This document shows positions 13,801 to 28,300 of a stretch of 64,000 bases of DNA, in pieces; positions within the stretch are counted from its first letter, which is position 1; each line of letters opens with the position of its first letter. The translations under genes were made by a program, and so were the position numbers. The stretch spans positions 1,736,001-1,800,000 of the forward strand of contig JAYWIR010000041.1 in assembly GCA_036172245.1 (NCBI GenBank), written 5' to 3'. The notes under the pieces are model-generated. The model had not been told where the DNA came from. It saw only the letters and a program-made list of their open reading frames with translations, and searched no databases. This DNA comes from Raillietiella orientalis (Eukaryota).

Positions 13801-15199
13801 CTGTGATTTGAAATCAGAGAAAATTCGAGTTCCTCAGTTTGCTAATACCATCCATCGGTGGCTTGATGGAAGAGGCCGATGTAGAACATGGTAGTTTGGT
13901 AAGCGGGGAAGCACCGGATGCGTAGTCGCTGCAAGAGCAGTGAAGGGGTGAGTTGCTTACGAGCCTTTTTTTTTTGCCCAGCGGCCAAGATAAAATAGCT
14001 ACAACGAATGCCTTTCGTCTTTTGTATGTGTGTACCACTTCCTAAGCAGGCAACCACGACAGATCTGAAAAGTTTGCTGCGAGCAGTTTTCTATAAAAAT
14101 TACTGGTCAATTTACCTCTGAAAACAATTCAGTAGCGAAAACCGAGGTTCTTGAATTAGGAGTAATGACGTGAGGGTAAAATGTGTGGAAAACAGAGTTC
14201 ACGTTTACAGTGCGGTGAGTTTCACATATAAATGGTAACCATTCGTTTCAGCTAATGTTTGTCGCTGAAGGATGAAAAGTAGCTGCAAAATGACGTGGAT
14301 TCCCTGTTTTGATTGTATCAGATGCAATTTAAATTCAATTAAAAGTAAATGAGTATTTGCCTTGGAAATGTATCTCCAAGAGTTGTTAATCTTTTTCTCG
14401 GGTTAAAAAGAAGGAAAGAAAAAAGGTGTATTGCTCGGGCAGCGTCTCCATTAAAAGGAAGTTGGAGAGAATGAGCGCTATTTCAGGGAAAACCGGATCT
14501 TACATGAAGACCAGCAGAAGTTTCATAGCTTTTCTGGACTCTTTAACTGCGACATTCAACATATTACTGTTCACACGCAAAATGCATTACAATTTCTATT
14601 TAATTAAAAAGCGACTTGAGCTGCTAGGATTAAATTAACTTTCAATAAATAAATTAGGATGAGGATGCTGGCATGCATGTTCGCCGCGTGCCCGCATGCG
14701 AAGCATGCGTTTGTATTACCGAAGTCTGTGCTGCATCCTATTCCAAGGTTTTGATTGCGGCATTTGGGAGTGCATCCCATTGTGAAGAAGCAGATTATAA
14801 AAACAAATGTTGCAATCATATCGTTTTGGGAACTGAAGTTACTTTTAACCAGCGTGAAAGGAACCCAAGGAACAAGAAAGCCAGTCTCCCGTTAACAAAA
14901 TCTAAAACCATGGTCACGAAATTTTCCGAGTTCCTTCATGCAGTCCTCTTGTTCATCCTACCTGCAAAGACGGCGCGACCGGAGAAATACACAAAACACT
15001 GTAATAGTGAGCTCGCTGCTCGACTCACTCCCATGACCGTATTCATTAGGCCTGACAAATGACCTTTGCCTACGAAAGCAGAACGAAGTGTTCCAAGATG
15101 GCTTTCATTCTTATCTTGACCGTGCCCTAACCTTCTGGTTTGCTGCAATTTCCCTCAATTACTCTTTCTCCTATTATCTAACCAGTCATTCATCTCTTC

Positions 15200-15650
15200 T
15201 GAGAAAACCTTCCCCTCCTCCATCCAGATGTGCGACTCTGAGGCTATTTTGTTCTGCGTCCGTAGTCATCAATCCATTTCACATCATGATGTATTGATCC
15301 TCTTACTCCAACCACAGGGATTTTTGTTGACCACGAAAATGCCACTGGACAAGAGTCAATATTTTCCTGTTATTCGGAGTCCATTCTCATACTTTGTATG
15401 GAAGTTTGCCGTTTCCTAAGGATGCCGCTTACGCCGATGGCTGGAAAGGTGATTTGGTGCATGCTATTTTTAGTGCTTGTTTTGAAATTCCTTCATTTTC
15501 ACTTAATTCTTCAACCCTTTCCAGATTTCATGCAGGATATGAGTTCCACAATGACTCTTTTCTGCTGCCCATTTCTGCTTACAAACCTCTGACCAGGTCA
15601 GGAAGGATCCTTTTGTTACAAGGGGCCTCGCACCTGCTCAAGAAACGTGT
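15200..15650 (+). mobile_element. Decayed LINE (L1-like) reverse-transcriptase fragment
   Basis: ISHHDVLILLLQPQGF (resembling the region after KAFD), then a frameshifted QGCPLSP-like stretch (taaggatgccgcttacgccg) near 15417-15436. Confidence 0.3.
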
Positions 15651-16579
15651 GTGAACACAACGAATGCAGTTTCTTTTGGAATTTATGGCAGCTGATTTCT
15701 ATTTTGAATACCTCGAATTTCACTGCTCCAGCAATTAGGTGAGCTCCCTTTCTCGAATTGACAGGGCTGCCGATGGACTCAAAGGAAAATGACTAAAAGA
15801 CAAAAACGAAATGCTTCTTTTGTTAAACACTGATTGCATCCATAAGACATTAAACGAAACACTTATAGAAGAGAACCAACATTTAGAACTCTAAATGAGC
15901 CCTCTTTAATCGGTCATTTCTCGAATTTTCAGATTTCTTCAATTTTGTTATTGACAACTTATTTTTAAGAAATATGAAAATACGATTAGATACATTTTTA
16001 TCTCTAGCTATGATAAGTTCCTTTTTTTTCGTTACAAAAAATATTTAATTAAATAGTAGAAAAAATAGATCTAAATGTATTATACATGTTTATGGCATCA
16101 GTCCTTTTTCCCCTGCAAAGAATAAGGGAAGAAAAGCCTAACTCAACAAAGTGATGCAGATGCTAATTTTGATTGATTTTTTTTTACTACTATCTTGAAT
16201 AGAAGTGCATCTTGATGAAATTTGCTCATTAGTTTCTCTTGTGCAAGCTTTTTTTATATCAGCGCAGGATTCCGAATCATCAAGGTGATGTAGGTTGTGA
16301 AGATTTTCATCTGCAAATCTCCTCCTATTTTAAACGCTGCAATCCTCGCTTTTGAGAAAAACTGCTTGCACATATGTATGGTTCCAAATAGAGCGAGAAA
16401 ATGTCCAAATAATGTGATTTAAGGGGGAAAAAAAAAATTCCTGCAGATGCCAAAAATTCGGTTAGTGCACGTGACCTGAATTCAGTCCTAAGGGAATCGT
16501 CAGCATGTAAATCAACTGAGCTGAAAATTTGAAGGAGCTATCTTTGACTGTACCGAGAATAGGTTAGAAAATAGTTGGA

Positions 16580-16830
16580 GTTCCATACTGATTTTATTAA
16601 ACACTCCAAAATCGCTTTTCAAATTCTTCGACATTCCTTCGCGTATCTCGTAACAGACGTTGGATTATTTTTTTGTGGCGCTGGAGACATACATATGTCA
16701 CGAAGAGCTGGTTTACCCCAGAATTCGTGTTCAGGATGCAGAGATATTCTGAAAGATCGAGTTGATCAACTGCATACGACCCCGAAGTTAGGTATCCAAC
16801 TCTGATAAATGGATAGTGGCTCAATATGCT
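16580..16830 (-). mobile_element. Decayed LINE RT N-terminal fragment
   Basis: Minus strand reads PAPQKNNPTSVTRY..KAILECLIK, resembling RT domain 1 (PIPKK..P....YRPI..K.LE). Confidence 0.3.
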
Positions 16831-18249
16831 AGATCACAGAGCCGTTCGTTCCTTTGGATTTCATTCAGCGGATTACCTTTCATTCCCACGAACAACTTTG
16901 TCTCTGTTTTGAGCTTCCAGAAACCCTTGAAGATTTTACGTTTACTGAGCCACCTAACATAAGGATGATAGATAAGATATTCATACTCTGCATCTAATTC
17001 CGGGAAAACTGCATCATTTGTAGACAGTTGAGACAGCGATTTCTCATAACATTACCACAGTGACTCTTGGTTACCACAGACGTTGGTGAATTTACGGTTA
17101 AGCACTGAGCACAGATATGTTCTCGATGTTTGATATAATAGTCGAACACCACAGTTGGTTACTACAGTGACACGCTTGGTACCCATAGTGAACGCAGGCA
17201 TTGCTGAATTCCCGGTTAAGCACTTAGAACAAACGTGTTCTTGATGTTTGGTACAGTGACAGAACACTAAGCTTTCCAGGCTTCATACTCTAAACTTCGG
17301 TTTCTCTTTCACAACGCCACACAACAGATTTTCGCAACCGTCGAATGAGATCCATCTGCAGTTGCAACCTAAATTTCTCATGTAGCAAGTCAAACTCTAA
17401 TGATCCTAATGCCGCTTGCACGAATACGTCTTTTCTTGTGGAAGTACCTTGAATGGGGATTCCTCAGGAATCGTCACTTATTTGTCCGCTAACTGAGAAC
17501 TGAGCTGTATTTGTGATATTCGTTGTCTCAAAAAGAAGAGAAGAAACAAAATGTGCTTCCAAACATAAATAATTAATAAGTCTATATCCCGTCGTTCTTT
17601 GAGTTACAGTTCTGCGGAACAAACTAATGTTTTCGAACTTAATTCGTGTACGGACTTGAGACCTCGAGCTGGTTACAAGACAGTACCAAACCTTCCTTTT
17701 GACTGTGGTTTTCGCCATTAGCTCGTTGATTGCATAGCTTGGATCCACGATATGGTAACACTGGCTTTGTCATGAGCTACTGTCGCAGTTCCAGAGCTTG
17801 TTGCAGACTTTCTCATTTCGAGATTCATCCGTAGCATTTTCGAGAGCACTGCGTTTTCTCGTAAAGCTGCTCATTGGCAAAGACATTAGTTGAAACAGAT
17901 TCACAGCAGATTAAGCTTTCCCATCCACTGCCATGAAGAAAATTCCGGTGCTGATCGCACAAAATTGTCTTCCCATCTTTGACATTTTAGGAGGATATTA
18001 TCTACACAAATTTGAAGTATGGTATTGGAAATCCCGAAACGAAAACAGTTTACTAAACAAGTATACGAAGTAAGTATGCTTCCCACATGTGCCTTTTAAC
18101 TTCTGTCTCTCCCCAAAGCTATAACGTACCGCGCAACGATGAAAATTCAATTTTGTGTGGCCGGAATTGGTCTACAACGAATTGTTTGCTTTTAAATTGC
18201 TGGTTGGAAAATTTACATCAGCGGGCCTCATAGCGAGAAGGTTCATTAC

Positions 18250-19320
18250 AATTTCAAAACGGCTCTAGGTCCTGGAGGTGAGTATTCCAGAGGCCAGCAA
18301 TGACCACCCGCGGCTACCAACGGTTTGCAACCAGTGTGTTTCGCTACTTGCAAACCACGAGAGGGAAATTCACCTGCAAGACGCGAGAGCTTTGGAAACA
18401 TCAGGCGGCATCCAACGCTTGGACCCAAAGCCCACATCCCCGATGCAATGAAGGACAACTACCGAAAAGGCGACGTCCTCGCCATAGCTGCCAACCGCCA
18501 TGGTACCCGGACGGTGAACCTGCAAGCGGTTGGAACTGCAGTCTTCAAGAGTGATCTACCGCCAGACACCCAGAATGACCTTTTCATGTTTCACCGTGGA
18601 GGCATCCTGAGTGGAAGCAGAATGAAACACTGGACAGGAAACATCAGTGACAAACTCTGCAAGGCGTGCGGCAGCAGGGAAACCCAGCTCCACTTTCTCA
18701 CCTGCCCGACACCGCTCCAGGACTGGACCACTCTGAAGGCGGTGATTGGTCTGCAGAGCCCCACCAAAGTGAACATTTTAAAAGGAATTTTCGATGGGGG
18801 CGGAACCGTCCCCAGACACGGTCCCATGGTATGAAGCACCGTCTCTCTCTTCATCATGAGTGTCGTGATTAGAAAGACAAAACTGCCAAACACCGTAGCA
18901 ATGACATTAGCGACGACCATCATGAAAGGCGTAATCCAGAGGAAAATGGACATACAAAGCTGTGGCAGCGAATGACGCATGGTCATACGTCTACATCTTG
19001 AATATGGCGGACGTTTCCCAAGCGAGTGAACTGCCCTCCAGCCCCCAGCTACTCTATCCAAGGAAAATCAGCCCCCATAGCGACATTCAGAGTAACACAA
19101 TCTGTGAAAACACTGAACAAAGTGCGTGAGATTCGAGAGTACAGAATGGCTGAATGGGTGTGACCCAGTGAGATTGATGCAGTTGTTGTCGTTTTAATGA
19201 ATTCACCCCTCCCCTGGTCGGACTGGGGACAATCTAGGTCCACAAAGACCGAGTGGCATGCTGTCCCGGAGGGAGGGGAGAGGGAGGAATGGGGACAGGT
19301 TCCCCGTGACTGCTCTAATC
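18250..19320 (+). mobile_element. 3' end of an L1/Tx1-clade non-LTR retrotransposon (ORF2 C-terminal zinc knuckle, zf-RVT-like, plus putative 3' UTR)
   Basis: ORF 18325-18834 contains LFMFHRGGILSGSRMKHW..DKLCKACGSRETQLHFLTCP..W, a typical C-X2-C-X7-H-X3-C ORF2 C-terminal motif. The frame continues through stops to about 19070, followed by a G/C-rich tail. Confidence 0.65.
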
Positions 19321-22320
19321 TGTAAGCACGGAGAGGATTCTTGTTTCTAGCATGGACTCTTAGAGGTATACTTTCAAATAACTGTATTGCTTTGTATTGC
19401 TTACAAATCGGGAAACTTAGAAGCCAATACTTGCAAAGCAATAATTTGTTAGAAGCCAATAATCGCAAATTATTCTTTATCCCTAAACATACTTCGTTAG
19501 CGACCGTATTCCAGAGTTGGGGTTCCATAAGATGGCAAAGCTGGAACCTTGAGTTTGTTGGCTTCTTCTTTTGGTACGTCGATCGATCATGGAATTCCCT
19601 CTTTTCCCATTGGTGGCATTCTAAACACCGTCCCATTCCTCTCCCTATCTTCGTGATTACAATTATTATTTACATCCTCCGAGGAAGCCGCTATTTGCGG
19701 ATACCCATCCTCCTGGCTAACGACGATCAGCTACTTCAAGTTTGCGCGTTCGCGCTCTAAGCGGCTGGAATGAGAGATATGAGAGAAGAGTACGAGTCTT
19801 CGTTGGCAGCAGTTTCTTCCTGGCGTTTCCAGCTTGTTTAGTGCATCCCTGAAATTTCTGAAGGAACTGACTGATGTGCCTTCTGTACCTGAGGGGAATC
19901 GGTGCTATGACTTGCATGCTAAGCATGCGTTTCGGCGACACGCACTGAAAGTGGAAGCGCCAGCCACGTGGAAGTCAGTGTCTGCAAAGAAGGCACTCCG
20001 AGACCCAGTCGGTCACATCTCAAACGTGCTTGAGGAATCGCTGATAGAAATCCATTTCCCTTCCAGGTCGGATGCCCTGGCATTGATTGAGGCATGCCGT
20101 TTTTTGAGTCACCTTCGGGTTGAAAAAGATCTTCTCAATCTGTCAAACGTCTTCAGAGACAAATCGTCTGGAAATGACCTGTACTGGGCCGGCGAATAAT
20201 TTATTGGCGCTGATTCGACCATAACTTAAACTTGATTCAACCATAAGCCCACTTAGCAGGAAAGCATCCGGCGTTTCCATGTGCCTGGTGACTATGCCTG
20301 TGAGAAATTCAAAATCTGCTTTGTCCCCCCTGCTCGTTTCCTTGGGTACGGACTATCAGAATTGTTCTGTCCTTCTGTGCAGCCTGTTCTCTGAATCCGT
20401 CTGTCTCTCCCCTTGTTTCTCTGTTCCGGACGATTTGGGATAGGGATTGGTAGGATGAGGAACATCGGAATGAATCTGATTTTCTCCGAATCGATTTCTT
20501 CGTGTATCGGTGCACACCCGAAAATGTGCTTTCGAGTCTCTTCATCTCGATTCCGCAAGGAATCCTCTCACCAGAATTCATGAGTCGACAGGGAGAGATC
20601 TCTAGTGATCAAAAGCTTCTCTTCTGCACTTCATACGGGGATTATCTTTGCAGAAGTGGAAATTTTAGAAAGCAACGAAGCAATCTATGCTTACTACGGT
20701 CTCCTTTCCCCTTTAAAAGCAGTTTTTCAGGGAAAGTACCCTCAGCACTTCCTGCTTCCGCATCCAGATCTCGGGTTTATTCACATCGGCGGAGACTAGA
20801 GTGAACTGCCTAATTGAGAACGCGACTTATAGATAACGTAGGTTATAGATATTTTCCATGACCAAGTTGGTTCAGGTTGGTTGGGTGAGCAACTCTCCTA
20901 TCACATGCATCAGAAGAAACTCTTGCATAACACATGATCGAATGACCAAAATACACTCCTTTCCCCCTACAGAAATGCTCTTCTTCCCTTAACCCTCTAC
21001 AGAAATATCTTTTGGGACAAAATGGAGCTGCTTTGAAGAAAGATGGGGAAAAAACAACTCCACTTGTGCAGCAGCCAGAGGAGGCTATCGAAATGAAAAC
21101 TGTTTCCAGCGGGTCTGTTTTCAGGGCAGTCGACTCGGATTCTTTGTATGGAACGAGTATTCGAGACTAATGGTTCCACGGGAGTGGCTAGGAGTGGTCG
21201 CCTTTAACATGAGGCCTGCTCGCAACCAAATAACGAAATAGAGATCGCTGAGGGTTTTTCAAACAATTTTGCAGTTCTTCCTTTACGTGGACTTAATCTG
21301 GAAGAACTCTGGCTGCTTTCTATTGAAGGTCGTTCCCATCGGAAAAACTGAACTGCGCATCTAATACATAAAGTATGCGTGTACACAGCCAGCATCAAAT
21401 GCACTTGTGAAACGTGCTTGTGTATATGTATGTATGTATATGTGATAGACGTAGAAACGTGATGTTTTCTGGTGCACCACCATTTCCGCGTTCCATTCAG
21501 ATCAAATGGGTGTGTGACCTAGACTTAGAGAGGGCATCTGGAAGAGACTGTTTCGAGTTTACTGGAGCGTTTCACGAAGCCCGAAGCTGTTCTTATTGAG
21601 TGGGGCCCATAAAGGGTCGTTTTAAAAACCGCATCCAGCATGTTTCAGAAATGTAAACGGCTATGTAGGGATATTATATTCCAGCTTCTTCGTCTTTTTT
21701 TCCTTTTTAAAAAAGAGGTTCCACGAAAAATTGCTGGTTGCATCTTCGAATGGGTACTGCGCACATGCTCCTTTCCGGAGAGAAGCATGTTTGCGTATAC
21801 GTCAGCATTAGCACGCGGCATCAAATTCCAAATTAGGGTTATTGGTTCAATCGCAGCCTCAATTTCATTCCATCTCCCACTTGTTCTTGAGCGAATGAAA
21901 GGATCCTTGTAAAATTCTCGAATGCAAATGGATGCATAGATTTCATTCGCTTCGTGTTTCGCACGATTCGTGTTCCCCGCTCTGACGATATTGCGACCTC
22001 TTAGGTTGGCAATTTTCTTTAGGTAGAACTAGGAGATAGAACTCCTCATATCTATCTGTCTGGAATTGCTGCGTGGTTCCCTATGGTTTCCTCCTGCGTA
22101 TGGAGTGGGGTCCATTCGAAGGCAAACAGTTCGTTGGGATCCTGAATCGCTGTCACGGGACATGCGCTCAGCCCAAGACGAGCAATCGCTAGAGGAATCA
22201 CCAAGTGTCGTGGCAACCACGCTTGCGCTGTTCCACTGCGAGCGTTCCATACTCCAGAAGTATCGATCGTCACCCCAAGTCCTTTCCTAGAGCTCCTCCT
22301 GCTCCTTCAGTCAGATATTT

Positions 22321-25300
22321 ATGGCTGCTGTGCTGAAAATCTTTTTCGAAGCGTACCTTCTACATACAGGTGAATACTCCGCCAAGCTCGTCTGCATTGG
22401 CTGAAGGTTGAAAAAAAAAAAAAAAAAAAGTGTCCAGAATTTTCATTCAGTCAGGGAGGAGGGGAAATCGGTTTTCAGCTATTCACTAATCGGAGTTCTG
22501 TTTCAGGTATCCTGGCAGTCGATCAGTCCACCACTACGAAACTTCGCTGCTATGTGTGCCACACGCTGAACGATGGGGATGATTGCATGGTCCTAGAGGA
22601 CGGGATCAAAGCCAGAGCGTTCGTGACCACGTGTAACACGACGGAAACTTTCTGCATGGTAAGCGAAAAGTCCCTTGTGATGCACGGTTTCCCCATCTGG
22701 TTTTTGTCCGATAAACGTTGAGCTGGTCGAAATAAACCAGAAATCGGACAAAACTCACACGCGTTGTTCCCTGATACCCAGTCTGGAGTGCAATTCCGTA
22801 AGGATAAAATCGAAATCGGGAAAGTCTGGAAGGACTCATCCGGTGAAAAAAAACAAACACTTAAGATACTTGACTGCATCCTCTTGGACATTCCGAACAG
22901 GGCACCTTTTTTTTTTTACAGCCTTATCTATCCCCTTCCCAACGAGAAAGGGGCGACATCCTCCAGTTATCTTGTTGGTAGCAATGATTGTCGTACTTTA
23001 AGAAGTTCCCATTCCTTAGGCAGGTAATTCGCATCTCTTTCAAAGTATCCATCGTATTTGTGCATATCTTTGTTTTTAACTCTTCTACAGATTGCGACAT
23101 TTGTTTTCCCTTCTTCCACGTCATTCGTGTAGTAATAGAGGGATAAAAAAGAAAAATGAGGGGTGGATTTGGGTGAAATTTCACATATTGGGTGAAAGAT
23201 CTCTTTTGACAACCCAACAAGCTTTTGGTGCTATGCCAAGGTACTGCATTTGAATGTAGTGATTATGGTATGGATGAAGGCAACCAGGGATCTGGAAGAA
23301 GAAGAGTTGAGGGAAGGGGTTGAACATCCTTCAGAGAGCAAGTGCTTGCTAAAAAGAAGAATCACAACGATGCATTTACATCTCAAAAGTGGGTGAACGA
23401 AATAATAAAATAATGATCAAAATGGAAATGAGATAATTTGGTCGTTTCTGAGAAATCTTTTGAAATTAATTGAAATTAACCTTTAAAAGCCTGCAAGACC
23501 TCCGATCAGATTTTCAAAACTGGACTTCATGCACTGTCAATAGATTGTTAGAAAAACTTCAAAGGTACAGCGGATGGAGCTTCCTTACGAAGATGGAATG
23601 CTCTGAACGTCGAATAATCAAAATATCATGTTTTTCTGAGAAAACGGCAGCCGATTTTATTCATACATCATTCTACTTGTCTTTCAGCAAAATTTCTTTC
23701 GCTTATATCATCACAGGAATTCTGGAAGTTTTCCTATGAAGAATTGCCCTCTGGCTCATTCTGCAAACGTTTCAGCATTGCTCACCTGCAGCTGTAGGGC
23801 CATCTTCTGGATATCCCAATTATTCGCATGAATCCTATGATTCATTCTGCATCAAACACTCTCATTGCATGCATGTACTGATCCTGAAAATCTTGGATGC
23901 AGTGAAACCTGCATCTTTTGCAACACCAAGAACGTTTGGCTTCTTAAATAGAGGAAAAATCGATTACTGAGAAAGCAGTAGAATTAATTGAGTCAATGAT
24001 GGATTCTGCTTAACAAAATGAAGGAAAATTGACAAAATAAGGTAGTGTCCAGTTACTGTTTGTATTTCTAGTATATGGAATGCCATCCTATATCTTGGAA
24101 CAATCCTTGGTAAAAATGTCTCGATAATTGGAAGAGTGAAACCATGATGAAACTCGAATCTCTATCGTGGCTTTAAAGTATAAGAAATGTACATTTCCTT
24201 GATGTACGTGTGTGAATATTTATGTAAAAAAGTACTTTCAGAGATACAGCAGTACTTTAAAATAGCTTCTTTGAACATGAGTGTCCAGAAGAGGGAAGTA
24301 CTCCTTCGACTTCGAAACTAACCACCAATCAAACATTTGAATGAACCTGCTTCATTTCTCAGCATTTCACAGCAGTGGACTTATCAAATAATTCGAGCAA
24401 TGTGTTCAGCTTTGATACGAAATCGAATCTTTCCTAAAAGAATTTCAGTTCTATCAGCTGCAACCCGGCCAATGGGATCACTTGCAAAAATATGGTACCT
24501 TGAATATATACAGGAGTGTTCTCTTGTCATATCCTCTACCAAATCAAGGATATGCTGCATAGATGTAAAAGATGGTGATGCCGCTGATTATTCTTCGATT
24601 TCAATAAGTATGAAAAGTTTCCAATAGACTTTCATGGAATTTTGCATAGGCAGTCTCGCATTCTATAGCAAATCCATTTCCCTCTAGCCCCCACGAGTCC
24701 GTATCATTTTCAGACATTTATCCAAAAGCTCTTTCTCTGACTGGGAGTTCATAGGGAAAATGAAGCTAAACCTTCTGGATTCAGCTAAATGCTGAATGCG
24801 CATTCGAAAATCCCTTTTCTGGCTCGTGAAACTCGTTTGTATGAATCCAAAGAAATCCAAACTGCAAAGCTGATGCGGCTGATGGTCAGATACGAAGCAC
24901 AAAAAAAAGCCGGCTTATTTCTGAACAAGAGCCTTGCAAATCTGTGAATGGAAGACGCCAGAAGGAGTGATAAACACAGGGAAAGGTGATGAACCTGCCA
25001 TGTGATGCACTTTTAATTAGTGATGAATAAGATGTTTCTTGGAATGTTTTTCACTTGAGAAACGAAAGCAGTAAAACTTGCGAAAGAACGGTGAAGTCGG
25101 AATACTTCAACTGAAGTGTTTAATTCTCAAGAAAATTTGCAGATGAGGGCAGATGAAATGAAAGTCAATTGGGATAGCCCATTGGATCTTATCGAGTGTG
25201 TTACTTTGTTCTACAGTCTGTTCACATTCCAATTCAAATAGCATACCAAATGGCATGTGATTTTTTTTTTTTTTTTTGGGGCGGGGGGGACAATCAACTC

Positions 25301-28300
25301 CAACCCTTTGTGAGCAAAAGCAGAGTCCGGATTTTCCCTGTTGATGGGAACTGACATCTTAAAGAGTGAATGGAGATGCCGCTAGGACCAGTACACGGAA
25401 TTGACTGGCTTCAGTCACTCACATCCGCCGGATTTACGTCATCCCTGGTTGTAGCAAGTGGCCATGTGCTTCCAACATTTTTCTTCTTTAATAGTCTTCG
25501 GCCTCGATTTTGCGGTTGGTCTTTCACGCAATCCTTGTGGACTTTCGCCAGCCGCGCGCGGATGAAGCGATCGAAAACTTTTCTTCCTGACGAACGAACT
25601 GCTTTGAAAGAGCAGAAGAAAATCTTCGAAGGCCTCGTCTACCCTCCACTCAAATTAAAATTTGTGCCTTTTTATCTTGCAGTTTTGGATTCAGCAGATG
25701 TCTTAGTTTGCATCTGAACCATTTCCCACCCCCCCTCTCGTGAATCAAAATCTGAAAGAACCGTTTGTTTCGAATTTACTTTACAAAAGGGTTTATAAAG
25801 AGTTCTTGGGACAGCAGGGAGGAAAAATCTGGGGAGCGATCAAGAAACTGTGAGAGGTTCTCTGTAAGATTCGTCTTCTTTTCTATCAGCAATACAGGTG
25901 ATCAGCAGGCTCAGTCCATCAAAGCACAAATCTGTGACTCGTGAATACGGGATTTCGAACGGAAAGATGCTGCTGAACTTTCGAGCATTTCGGTTGTGGA
26001 GTTTGTGGAATCATAATCAGGTGCATGTGTGTTGGGATAGAATGGATACATTGGCGTGAGATCCTGTGGAAGAGGCTGTAGGTGTGACCGAAAAAAAAAA
26101 AGAAAAAGAAAAGACAGCAAGAAAGAAACTGTGGATAGCCGCAGGGCGCTCTTCGGAGCGAACCTCGGATGCAAGGTCAGATGGATATACGAGGAAAACG
26201 ATTCTCTATGTGGAAAAGTCGCAAAGAAAATAGTAGTGGGGATGTCTGAAGCAAAAAGCGAGTGAAGATTTGAAACGTGTAAGACTCTGCATCTGCAAAG
26301 TAAAAAAAAAAAAATTGATGATATCCTTCGCGTCATCGATCCATCGCAAAAAGTCATGCAATGTGCACATCAGGTAGATGCATGGTGCATACCGACACCA
26401 CGCAAAACATTCCAAATGCTCCAATGTTGGTTGTGTTTGTATTTTGACATTTTTTGCGGGCCTTCCTTTATACTGACTTCAAAATGCTTCTTCCTTTCAC
26501 ACTCACACAGAATCCAAATCTTCATCAGAAACAGCCTGCTTCTGAAAAATAATAATAAAACAGAATGGATACGAATAAAGATTCGATGGAATAGATGTGG
26601 ATACGAAAGCATCCAGGTCTGTTTTATCAACGAAGAACACAAGAATTTAGTGTGATTTTATTCGGAGATTTTCTTGTCCGACATCCATAACTTCCGGAAG
26701 TCATCGTAATGATCTGATTCTTTTACAGCTTATCACAAGCAGGTCGAAAGTCCTCCTTTAATACAAAGAGTGAAAAGTTGTGAGGCTGTATCGATGTAAA
26801 AGTCCATTCCTGAGGCATTACAGTTCATTACCTGCCATGCCTCATCTTTTTGTTTTCCTTGGGAAGTAGATATCCATTGAAAATCGGTCTGCTGCTGAAA
26901 AAGATGATTAGGAGCGTTTCCCGATGGTTTGGCGCTTTCGTTTGAAGCTAAACATCAGACGAAAGGATCTTAAGTGGCATCAAAGAAGAATGCTTGCTCC
27001 TACCATAGTAAGCTCAGTTCGAAATCCGCAATTGGTTCATCCAAATCCATTTATGTTTCGGCTTCTTCTAAGGAACATAATTGCGGGTAATTCCTAGGAG
27101 ATGAGGAACCAGAGACCAAGCGTTCACGGATTTCGGGTGATCAAGGATCGAAGAAATGGAAAGAAAGCTCGAAGGCTATCCAAAAAGTTCGTGAGATCGA
27201 GGGGATCAAGTGGATACCCTTCACTCGTAACCACCGAAAAAACCTATCGCTTTTTCAAAGTACAGGAGATACTTCTTTTTGGAAGATACAGGAAATTGGT
27301 TACTTTGGAAGCAAGGGCGTCAGTGATGTTGATCCGGAAGCTCAAGCTTTTCTGAAACTCGTTGTTCGTAGGCGAAAGATTCCCAAGAATGGAATGTTCG
27401 CATCTTCTCACAGTCCCTGAATAAATCGATATACAGATGAAAAGCAATATATCGTTTAGAATGATGGTCGAAAACTTCTTCAGGACATAAGCAAGAAACA
27501 AAAAAGAATCAACTTGATGCACGCCACGTGTTTTGCGATCTCGAGAAAAAACCGGCATTATCTGAGACCTCGCCCCTACTGAGGTCCTTCATGGGTCTCC
27601 ATGGCTGTGCAGCTAGGTGAAATCACTGGTTCAAGGGAAGAGAAATTTAGTGTTTTCCTTGGGTAATGATCATATTTAATTGAAAGCTGGTGCAGAACAT
27701 CAGCTCTCGGGGATAAAGATGGAACCATTCCAGTATTCCGAAAGAACCTGTTTTGGGAGATGCATCTCTCAACCAAGGACACCACGAGTTCTCCTTGATC
27801 TTTGTGCAAGAGATTCTTCGTTCATTTCCCGCGCAAAACCAAGTGAATCTCTTGCCAAAAAAAGTGGAAGGTTCGGAGACAGAGAGTACACCAATCCTCC
27901 TGAAATTAGCACTGCAGCCGCTGCACCGAGGTTCATTCGTGATCTCACAAGGAGAAGAACACCGTCCTGATACAGAGCAGCAGCATGTCCGCAACTCATG
28001 AAGGGGACGATTCCCAGAAGATTCCACGAGAACATCCAGAGGAATACAACAAGAGAAGATTTGTATGTACCCGAAGCCTGCTAAAGCTGGATGATACGTC
28101 CTGGATGCTTTCGTATCCACATCTATTCCATCGAATCTTTGTTCGTATCCATTCTGTTTTATTATTATTTTTCAGAAGCAGGCTGTTTCTGATGAAGATT
28201 TGGATTCTGTGTGAGTGTGAAAGAAAGAAGCATTTTGAAGTCAGTATAAAGGAAGAAATATACTGAGATAAGGAGAAGGAGACACCTTATCTGTCGCTGT

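Noticed and set aside
19245..19300. HDV-like ribozyme (ggcatg..gtccc..gaatggggac resemblance)
   Set aside because: No P3/L3 or P1.1 elements can be formed between these segments.
27500..28099. APE endonuclease (MFSWNLLGI) on the minus strand, or RT on the plus strand, inside the inverted repeat
   Set aside because: Only single weak motifs with contradictory orientations; cannot be assigned without a profile search.
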